A stretch of DNA of 44,822 bases, from IMG/VR virus record IMGVR_UViG_3300027852_000012, positions 1-44,822 of that record; one strand, 5' to 3'. Positions 8,551 through 13,996 of this stretch are shown here, in pieces. Numbering within the stretch: position 1 is the stretch's first letter; each line of letters begins with the position of its first letter. A model generated the notes under the pieces. It searched no databases. It had not been told where the DNA came from and saw nothing but the letters and a program-made list of their open reading frames with translations. The translations under genes were made by a program, and so were the position numbers. The DNA comes from a virus.

Positions 8551-8758
8551 CTGCGTCACCTCCCTTATTACGGCTTTCTCTCAATAAGCTAAAGGCTCCC
8601 TCAAAAGAGTCTTTTGCAAAATTGCCCTCATCATCAATATATAGTACATACTCGGTTACACTTAAGCCAGTACTATACTCTACGATAGTACGTGTAACAC
8701 TATGACACTTCCCCTTAGCCAGTTGCTTTAGTTGCTTCTTTGCTTCGGTTATCTCCAT
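8543..8758 (-). CDS. Hypothetical protein (71 aa)
   Basis: ORF with an SD (GGAGGTATTAGG ATG). Confidence 0.5.
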   Translation of the reverse strand: MEITEAKKQLKQLAKGKCHSVTRTIVEYSTGLSVTEYVLYIDDEGNFAKDSFEGAFSLLRESRNKGGDADV

Positions 8759-8770
8759 CCTAATACCTCC

Positions 8771-9025
8771 TTAATCTTTAGCTGGTTCATCTAGCTCAGG
8801 AGTTGGGAAGGCCAGCTTAGGAGGCGCATCCCTACGTACTCCATCGGCTCCAACTTCCTCAGTACTGAGGTGTATCCTCAGCCCTTCTGGGAAGGGAGGA
8901 GTCGGATAAGTCCAACCTCTAAGGGTCATAGTGCCTATTAGGTGCTTACCATATCTTGTATCAACCTCCTGATAGGTGGCATATTCCTTAGTTTGTTTGG
9001 TTCTCTTCATACTGATTTGTGGCAT
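8771..9025 (-). CDS. Hypothetical protein (84 aa)
   Basis: Start re-picked to the ATG at 9025 (MPQISMKRTK), with the SD GGAGGAG and placed just after the queD stop. Confidence 0.5.
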   Translation of the reverse strand: MPQISMKRTKQTKEYATYQEVDTRYGKHLIGTMTLRGWTYPTPPFPEGLRIHLSTEEVGADGVRRDAPPKLAFPTPELDEPAKD

Positions 9026-9026
9026 T

Positions 9027-9395
9027 TTATCTCCTCCATAATGCATAAGCGTTATCTGTTTCCCATACTTGAACGCTTTCTAGACAGATTTCTGACTCAA
9101 AAACTCCAATATCTCTAACAATCTCCCTAGCTAACTCAGCAGCAAACACCTCACAAGTAGGAAACTTCATATAATCATTGAGGCACTTGTGGTCATACTG
9201 CCGGAGTGTTGGTAGTACTAACTTATCCAGGGCTTTGAAGTCTATTACCATAGAGCCTGCTAAGGTTTGCATAGGGCCCATAGGCCCACTAACTCTCACA
9301 TCTATTTTATAAGTGTGTCCATGCATCCTCCCACAATCAGAATGTCCTGGTAGGTAGTGAGCGGAATGTATTGTATATTGCTTACCTATTATCAC
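9027..9395 (-). CDS. queD: 6-carboxy-5,6,7,8-tetrahydropterin synthase
   Basis: 122 aa with a GTG start. Motifs HSAHYLPGH...CGRMHGHTYKIDV are PTPS/QueD His motifs. Confidence 0.8.
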   Translation of the reverse strand: MIIGKQYTIHSAHYLPGHSDCGRMHGHTYKIDVRVSGPMGPMQTLAGSMVIDFKALDKLVLPTLRQYDHKCLNDYMKFPTCEVFAAELAREIVRDIGVFESEICLESVQVWETDNAYALWRR

Positions 9396-9553
9396 TTATC
9401 ATCACCTCCTTGTCTTAGTGCCGCAATATCAATCTCATGATGTAGCTGGGTAATTCTAGCAAGACCGATACCACTTTTAATAGCTAACTTCCGCATTAAA
9501 GTTGTAACTACCTCTTGCATAGGTCTGCTAGTGCCCTTCTTTTTCGTATGCAT
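9392..9553 (-). CDS. Small basic protein (53 aa), paralog B of a tandem pair
   Basis: Not in the ORF track because it is under 60 aa. Hand translation: MHTKKKGTSRPMQEVVTTLMRKLAIKSGIGLARITQLHHEIDIAALRQGGDDK. TAATG overlap upstream and GTGA overlap with queD. It aligns along its full length with the neighbouring gene. Confidence 0.55.
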   Translation of the reverse strand: MHTKKKGTSRPMQEVVTTLMRKLAIKSGIGLARITQLHHEIDIAALRQGGDDK

Positions 9554-9714
9554 TAATCACCTCCTTGATCATGCGATTTGATAACTTCCTTATGAAGTTG
9601 TTTAATTTTACTGAGAGGGAGCCCACTTTTAATAGCCAAATCTCTCAGTATGATTGCAATTATCCCTTGAAGAGGTTTACTGGTGTCCTTCTTTCTCTTC
9701 GCATTCCAGCTCAT
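9553..9714 (-). CDS. Small basic protein (53 aa), paralog A of a tandem pair
   Basis: Start re-picked to the ATG at 9714, with the SD GGAGGAG. Sequence: MSWNAKRKKDTSKPLQGIIAIILRDLAIKSGLPLSKIKQLHKEVIKSHDQGGD. Confidence 0.55.
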   Translation of the reverse strand: MSWNAKRKKDTSKPLQGIIAIILRDLAIKSGLPLSKIKQLHKEVIKSHDQGGD

Positions 9715-9886
9715 TAATCTCCTCCTTAGTAAAGAACCTAACACCGAAATTATCCCTTAGGAACTTTCGGTACTTCACACTTCCCCTAGTTGCTAAGATG
9801 TTAATATAAGCATGAACAACTTCATGAGCCACATAGAGTTGTACTAGCTCTTCTTCTGTTTTTGCCTCAGAGAGTAGATAGTCCAC
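9677..9886 (-). CDS. Short HExxH-motif protein (possible minimal zincin / SprT-like). The start is uncertain.
   Basis: This is the C-terminal part of the 9677..10039 ORF: ...EELVQLYVAHEVVHAYINILATRG... The only in-frame start beyond the overlap with the HTH gene is the GTG at 9886, which has no SD. A frameshift fusion is an alternative (see findings). Confidence 0.3.
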   Translation of the reverse strand: MDYLLSEAKTEEELVQLYVAHEVVHAYINILATRGSVKYRKFLRDNFGVRFFTKEEINELECEEKEGHQ

Positions 9887-10167
9887 TTTGTGATTCCGTA
9901 TTCTCGGCAAAGCTCTTCTGAGGGTCTCTCTAGCACTTCTGGGGAAGTCTTTGCCACCTCCCGTAAGAGACTCATTCTCTGTGCTCCGCCCTTTGGCCTT
10001 ATCTGTATCCCATACTCTCTCAGTTTGTTTCTTATACATTGTGATGTCACCTTACATAACTCTGCTATCTCACTTGCTGATAGTAGTTGCTGAAGATATA
10101 GGGTGTTTAACATCTCCTCGGGGCTGCTGTAGCCTAAGGAGTTGGCTATTAAGTACCAGTTTTCCAT
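9844..10167 (-). CDS. Helix-turn-helix DNA-binding protein (107 aa)
   Basis: The segment LSASEIAELCKVTSQCIRNKLREYGI is HTH-like. Confidence 0.55.
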   Translation of the reverse strand: MENWYLIANSLGYSSPEEMLNTLYLQQLLSASEIAELCKVTSQCIRNKLREYGIQIRPKGGAQRMSLLREVAKTSPEVLERPSEELCREYGITKWTIYSLRQKQKKS

Positions 10168-10178
10168 ATTGGGCCCAC

Positions 10179-10216
10179 GGCCTGAAGAACCAGGATGATT
10201 CCCGGCCCTTCAGGCC
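10179..10216 (-). promoter_or_regulatory. GC-rich 9-bp-stem hairpin in an intercistronic gap
   Basis: ggcctgaag (10179-10187) pairs with cttcaggcc (10208-10216) around a 20-nt loop. No U-tract follows on the minus strand. Confidence 0.4.
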
Positions 10217-10222
10217 TCCTTC

Positions 10223-10642
10223 CTACTCCGTAATCATACCTCTCGCCTTAGCCTCAGCCTCGAGGGCTTTGAAATAGGCATTCCGCTTCTTCTGGTAGGC
10301 AGTACGCTGAGCCTTGATGGTCTTCGCGAACTCTGGATCTGCATCCATTTTAGCTTTCCGTTTCTCCTGATAAGCCTTCCTCTGTGCTTTAACACGCTCA
10401 GCATACTCAGGATCACTAGCCATTTTGGCTTTCTGTCTCGCCCACTGGTTCTGATCAGGATGGTCCTTGGTGTATTGCTTACGCTTCTCATTCTGAACCT
10501 CACGCTTCTCCAAGAACTCTAACAACTCCTCATCAGTTATCCCGGCGGTATCGTACTGCTCTTCTTCCGGTACCTCTGATAGCACTTCCTTTGGTGCTTC
10601 CGGTACTACTTCCTCCGTCACTTTAGTTTGTTTCTTCGCCAT
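10223..10642 (-). CDS. Lys/Glu-rich protein with internal ~25-aa repeats (139 aa)
   Basis: SD AAAGGAGGTG. Repeats: SDPEYAERVKAQRKAYQEKRKAKM and DADPEFAKTIKAQRTAYQKKRNAYF. Confidence 0.6.
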   Translation of the reverse strand: MAKKQTKVTEEVVPEAPKEVLSEVPEEEQYDTAGITDEELLEFLEKREVQNEKRKQYTKDHPDQNQWARQKAKMASDPEYAERVKAQRKAYQEKRKAKMDADPEFAKTIKAQRTAYQKKRNAYFKALEAEAKARGMITE

Positions 10643-10940
10643 GATTAATCACCTCCTTTCCTGTTTTAGTATTAAGGGGCCCAAGGCCCTGGGTGCCTAG
10701 CTTGGCTTTCAGCAATAGTTGCTCTAGGATGTTCGGATCACTTATTACCTTCCTCGTGAGAAGGGCCTTCCACTTGCCGTTGGGTTGCTTTATTAAGTTC
10801 AGGAGGTTATGTCCCTCCTCATAGAGCCCTTCTAGGTAGCTGACTCCCATTACCATAGCCAATCCTCCAGCTGATGTTGTGTGCCAGTTGATTATGCACT
10901 TCTGGCCGTTAATAGGATCAAGGAAGTTTCGGTTTGCCAT
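10623..10940 (-). CDS. Hypothetical protein (105 aa)
   Basis: ORF co-directional with its neighbours. SD-like AAGGAG upstream. Confidence 0.5.
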   Translation of the reverse strand: MANRNFLDPINGQKCIINWHTTSAGGLAMVMGVSYLEGLYEEGHNLLNLIKQPNGKWKALLTRKVISDPNILEQLLLKAKLGTQGLGPLNTKTGKEVINHGEETN

Positions 10941-11022
10941 AGGACTCCTTCTTCTCCTTATCGGTCCTTACGAGATACTCACCTAGCAGTAGCAGTATTA
11001 TTAGCAATAGCCCAATAGCCAC
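10918..11022 (-). CDS. Possible 34-aa single-pass membrane peptide
   Basis: A GTG start immediately follows the upstream stop, with the SD GGGAGGA. Sequence: MAIGLLLIILLLLGEYLVRTDKEKKESYGKPKLP. It is very short, so this is tentative. Confidence 0.3.
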   Translation of the reverse strand: MAIGLLLIILLLLGEYLVRTDKEKKESYGKPKLP

Positions 11023-11214
11023 TTAATCCTCCCTCTTAGCGATTACGCCAACTTCCTCAATCTTGAACTCCTCATTAGTAAACTTATCAAAGAGGATGTC
11101 CTCTCCCAGCTTCAGGACAGCTTTAACCAACTCCTCCGCCCTCCCTCTCACGGAAGCTTCCTCCTCACCCTCTTCCTGTCCTATTGATATCTTAATGCCT
11201 ATTAGGTATTTCAT
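11023..11214 (-). CDS. Hypothetical acidic protein (63 aa)
   Basis: ORF with the SD AAGGAGGTAC. Confidence 0.5.
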   Translation of the reverse strand: MKYLIGIKISIGQEEGEEEASVRGRAEELVKAVLKLGEDILFDKFTNEEFKIEEVGVIAKRED

Positions 11215-11250
11215 ATAGTACCTCCTTGGTGTCGTATGATACTGGGCCTT

Positions 11251-11895
11251 TCAGGCCTGCGCATAAGCCACGGGATCCTTCATGCCAGCGTCAGCGAAGC
11301 CCTTTAGTCGAATCTTACAGCTCTCGCATCCTCCACAGGCCTTACTGCCCATTGGACTATAGCAGCTCCACGTCTGTGAGTAGTCTACGTTCAGGTGAAA
11401 CCCAGTGCATATAATGCCCGCTTTGGACATTGTTAGTAGTGGTGCGTGTATCCTAACTGCCTTAGGACGTTCGTAGGTCTTAGCCATTTGCTCAAAGGCC
11501 CTTAGGAAATCCTCTCGACAATCAGGATAGCCACTGTAATCTATGGCATTAGCTCCGATGAAGATGTCATAGGCTCCGATAGTCTCAGCATAGCAAAGAG
11601 CCAGCGATAGGAGTATGGCATTCCGGGCCGGCACGTAGGTAGTGGGCAGACCATTCCTACAGGCTTTAGTGCCTACTAGGCTACTGCCTGCTATACTACT
11701 AAGATCCATTGTGACTAGCTTATGACTAGCTGCTAGCATCCCCTGAGTCATAGCATACCCCAGCTCTATGCTATGCATCTGTCCGTAGTTAATACTCAGC
11801 GCATAAGGTTCAAAGTCCTCCTCCTTAGCGATTGCTAATGCCGTAGCACTGTCTAAGCCGCCGGATAATAACACAATTGCTTTCGTATCGGTCAT
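11251..11895 (-). CDS. queC: 7-cyano-7-deazaguanine (preQ0) synthase
   Basis: 214 aa. PP-loop motif LLSGGLDSATA. C-terminal Zn motif CGGCESCKIR. SD AGGAGG. Confidence 0.85.
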   Translation of the reverse strand: MTDTKAIVLLSGGLDSATALAIAKEEDFEPYALSINYGQMHSIELGYAMTQGMLAASHKLVTMDLSSIAGSSLVGTKACRNGLPTTYVPARNAILLSLALCYAETIGAYDIFIGANAIDYSGYPDCREDFLRAFEQMAKTYERPKAVRIHAPLLTMSKAGIICTGFHLNVDYSQTWSCYSPMGSKACGGCESCKIRLKGFADAGMKDPVAYAQA

Positions 11896-11934
11896 GATGT
11901 TCCTCCTATTAGGCTTTTGTTTTTATATATTTAT

Positions 11935-11963
11935 ATTATAACCTCGATTATTATATAAATCAA
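11935..11963 (-). promoter_or_regulatory. Sigma70-like promoter reading leftward into queC
   Basis: On the minus strand: TTGATT, a 17-nt spacer, then TATAAT. On the plus strand these are aatcaa 11958-11963 and attata 11935-11940. It lies about 40 nt upstream of the queC ATG. Confidence 0.5.
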
Positions 11964-12064
11964 GCTTAAAATATTTAATGATTTCAACTAGTTAGAGTAC
12001 TATATCTATAACTACTTGAAATCATTGAATAAATTTAAAAACACTATATAAATCAACTAGTTAT

Positions 12065-12114
12065 AAAAACTCTAACGAAATCACATAGTTAAGAGGTATT
12101 ATTAGTTATTATTA
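12065..12114. repeat. ~50-bp direct repeat, copy A
   Basis: Copy A is aaaaactctaacgaaatcacatagttaagaggtattattagttattatta. The copy at 12520-12570 differs by about 5 substitutions or indels. Confidence 0.8.
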
Positions 12115-12219
12115 AAAAGCCTAATGAAATCAAGTAGTTACAAACTGTTATTCCTACAAACTACTTTAAGGAATACCTCTTAACTAGTTAAAATCATTAA
12201 ACTAATTAAGATTAAAAAC

Positions 12220-12245
12220 AGGTATCAGGTATTCTTTAATATATA
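12220..12245. repeat. Inverted repeat, left arm (26 nt)
   Basis: aggtatcaggtattctttaatatata equals the reverse complement of 12481-12507 apart from a 1-nt indel. The arms are 235 bp apart. Confidence 0.85.
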
Positions 12246-12341
12246 GATATATATCTAAATATATACGTATATCCCAATGATAATAGGGAAGGATGTACAA
12301 AAGGATGTGTGTAAAACTAAATAGATATCGATCACTATATG

Positions 12342-12379
<38 letters not shown>

Positions 12380-12398
12380 TTATATTATCATATTTATA

Positions 12399-12460
12399 TT
12401 CCAATATCCCAATATCCATATCCCACTATCCATATCCCACTATCCCAATATCCATATTCC
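12399..12460. repeat. Short tandem ATATCC / CTATCC-type repeats, including a 14-nt unit repeated twice
   Basis: The array reads ccaata tcccaata tccata tcccacta tccata tcccacta tcccaata tccata ttcc. The unit tccatatcccacta occurs at 12415-12428 and 12429-12442. Confidence 0.85.
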
Positions 12461-12480
12461 GATCTATAGCTTTAGCTATA

Positions 12481-12507
12481 TATATATTAAGAGAATACCT
12501 GATACCT
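12481..12507. repeat. Inverted repeat, right arm (27 nt)
   Basis: tatatattaagagaatacctgatacct is the reverse complement of the left arm at 12220-12245. Confidence 0.85.
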
Positions 12508-12519
12508 CTTAAAATTCTT

Positions 12520-12570
12520 AAAAACTCTAATAAAATCAACTAGTTAAGAGGTATTATTTAGTTATTATTA
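12520..12570. repeat. ~50-bp direct repeat, copy B
   Basis: Sequence: aaaaactctaataaaatcaactagttaagaggtattatttagttattatta. Confidence 0.8.
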
Positions 12571-12687
12571 GGTATTATTTATAATAACCTCTAACCTATT
12601 GAAATCATTAGAGTTTTTGCTAACTACTTAGAATCATTAGACTTTTTCAAAGAACTCCTCCACTACCTACACAACTCCTAATCCACC

Positions 12688-12849
12688 CTACCTATTCCTA
12701 ACTATCTTAGTATTTACAACATCCTCACCATCCCAACATATACTCTCCATTCTATAACTCAAACTCCTCTCACTTAACATCTTCTCTATCAACATCTCCA
12801 CTTCTTCAACATTATCTTCATCCAACTCTATAGTTATAGTCTTTCTCAT
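12688..12849 (-). CDS. Early small acidic protein (53 aa), C-depleted coding
   Basis: Not in the ORF track. SD AGGAGGG, then ATG. Sequence: MRKTITIELDEDNVEEVEMLIEKMLSERSLSYRMESICWDGEDVVNTKIVRNR. Confidence 0.5.
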   Translation of the reverse strand: MRKTITIELDEDNVEEVEMLIEKMLSERSLSYRMESICWDGEDVVNTKIVRNR

Positions 12850-12860
12850 ATCACACCCTC

Positions 12861-13007
12861 CTAATTATTAACATACTCAACTTCTGTACCACTAACTAAC
12901 TCCACATCTTCAAAACACTCAATCATTAAATCCACCAACTTCTCTAACTTCAATATTTTCTCCCAAGACTCATCCTTTAACTTTAACTTAATCCTTAGTT
13001 CATACAT
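12861..13007 (-). CDS. Early small protein (48 aa), C-depleted coding
   Basis: Not in the ORF track. SD AGGAGGATG, then ATG. Sequence: MYELRIKLKLKDESWEKILKLEKLVDLMIECFEDVELVSGTEVEYVNN. Confidence 0.45.
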   Translation of the reverse strand: MYELRIKLKLKDESWEKILKLEKLVDLMIECFEDVELVSGTEVEYVNN

Positions 13008-13028
13008 ATTACATCCTCCTATTCAAAT

Positions 13029-13283
13029 TTATTCTCCAAACAACACCTTACCTAACAACTCTACTAAATCTCCAACACAAGTCCACTTATCCTCTCCTAA
13101 ATTATCTAATACTACATCCATCTCCTTAACTAACAACTTCCTCTTCTCCTTAGTTACACTCTCATCAATTAATCCCTCCAACCCTACCATCACATCTTCT
13201 TTACAAAACCACATATCATCTCCCCAAAAACGATTTCTCAACACTTTCCTTAATTTTCTCATCAACAACAACTCTTTAGTCAT
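13029..13283 (-). CDS. Early small protein (84 aa), C-depleted coding
   Basis: Track ORF with the SD AAGGAG. The protein has no Pro, His, Gln or Ala at all. Confidence 0.6.
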   Translation of the reverse strand: MTKELLLMRKLRKVLRNRFWGDDMWFCKEDVMVGLEGLIDESVTKEKRKLLVKEMDVVLDNLGEDKWTCVGDLVELLGKVLFGE

Positions 13284-13314
13284 ATCACAATCTCCTTATC
13301 TTATGATTGTAAGA

Positions 13315-13355
13315 GGGAAGGAATACATAGTTCTATCCACTACATATTCCTTCCC
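13315..13355 (-). promoter_or_regulatory. 11-bp-stem hairpin in the only G/C-balanced island of the early cassette
   Basis: gggaaggaata (13315-13325) pairs with tattccttccc (13345-13355) around a 19-nt loop. It sits in the intergenic gap between two early ORFs. Confidence 0.45.
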
Positions 13356-13378
13356 ATTATACACTATTCCACTATACA

Positions 13379-13537
13379 CTACCCCTTCAACTTCTCTAAC
13401 AATTCCTCCAATTCACTCAATTGATCCATTGTATCTTTCTCATCTACTAATTCCTCATCCAAATCATTATACAAACATTCCATAGTATTCTCCAAACTCT
13501 CTCTTAACAATACTACTTCCCTATCATCTAAATCCAT
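13379..13537 (-). CDS. Early small highly acidic protein (52 aa), C-depleted coding
   Basis: Not in the ORF track. SD GGAAGGAGGTG. Sequence: MDLDDREVVLLRESLENTMECLYNDLDEELVDEKDTMDQLSELEELLEKLKG. Confidence 0.5.
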   Translation of the reverse strand: MDLDDREVVLLRESLENTMECLYNDLDEELVDEKDTMDQLSELEELLEKLKG

Positions 13538-13581
13538 ACTACTTCACCTCCTTCCCTTCCATATTCCCAACTTCCAACTTC

Positions 13582-13743
13582 CTACATCAATCCTCTCTCT
13601 TTACATAATGATTCCAATTCCTTCCTCTTAAGATTCCTCTTCCTATTATATTCCTTCCTTTTCTCAATCTCAATCCTTCTCTTCTCTACGAACAACTGTA
13701 ATTCCTCATCACTATAATCTTTAACATCCTTATTCATAGTCAT
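13582..13743 (-). CDS. Early small basic coiled-coil-like protein (53 aa), C-depleted coding
   Basis: Not in the ORF track. SD TGGAGGATTG. Sequence: MTMNKDVKDYSDEELQLFVEKRRIEIEKRKEYNRKRNLKRKELESLCKERGLM. Confidence 0.5.
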   Translation of the reverse strand: MTMNKDVKDYSDEELQLFVEKRRIEIEKRKEYNRKRNLKRKELESLCKERGLM

Positions 13744-13793
13744 ATCACAATCCTCCATTAATTAATTAGTTATACAAGCTAACTTATAATCTT

Positions 13794-13822
13794 ATTATAA
13801 TATGGATTTATAATAATATCAA
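13794..13822 (-). promoter_or_regulatory. Near-consensus sigma70-like promoter reading leftward into the early cassette
   Basis: On the minus strand: TTGATA, a 17-nt spacer, then TATAAT. On the plus strand these are tatcaa 13817-13822 and attata 13794-13799. It lies about 50 nt upstream of the first early ATG at 13743. Confidence 0.55.
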
Positions 13823-13826
13823 CATT

Positions 13827-13894
13827 AAAAACTTCAATAATATTACATAGTTATAAAGATATACTTATAACTATATAGAATTATTGAAGTTTTT
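13827..13894. repeat. 68-nt AT-rich palindrome (15-bp plus 10-bp stems) directly abutting the early promoter -35
   Basis: aaaaacttcaataat (13827-13841) pairs with attattgaagttttt (13880-13894). Inner atagttataa (13847-13856) pairs with ttataactat (13865-13874). Confidence 0.8.
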
Positions 13895-13932
13895 ATTTGA
13901 TATTGGGTAGGCATATATAGATAGTTAGTATG

Positions 13933-13996
13933 TAGATAGATAGTAGGCAGATAGAACTACCATACATAGATAGATAGTAGGTAGATAGTATTACCA
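13933..13996. repeat. Two tandem ~31-bp direct repeats spaced 33 bp apart
   Basis: tagatagatagtaggcagatagaactaccat (13933-13963) and tagatagatagtaggtagatagtattaccat (13966-13996). This is a local purine-rich island inside a pyrimidine-rich strand. Confidence 0.8.

Noticed and set aside
8792-8800. tRNA-like word TAGCTCAGG, and a general scan for tRNA/tmRNA
   Set aside because: It lies inside a coding ORF with no cloverleaf context, no GTTCGAATC-type T-arm nearby and no acceptor pairing. I found no convincing tRNA anywhere in the window.
10234-10503. 89-aa alternative-frame ORF within the Lys/Glu-rich gene
   Set aside because: It is on the same strand but off frame. Its Arg/Ser-rich translation is typical of a frame shadow of a repeat-containing gene, and it has no SD.
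12399-12460. Possible CRISPR array
   Set aside because: The repeat units are only 6-14 nt with no unique spacers of 25-40 nt. There are no cas genes and no leader.
13303-13485. 60-aa plus-strand ORF in the pyrimidine-rich strand
   Set aside because: It has no SD. Its Pro/Ser/Thr/Leu/Ile-only composition simply mirrors the G-less strand. It is antisense to an SD-led minus-strand ORF.
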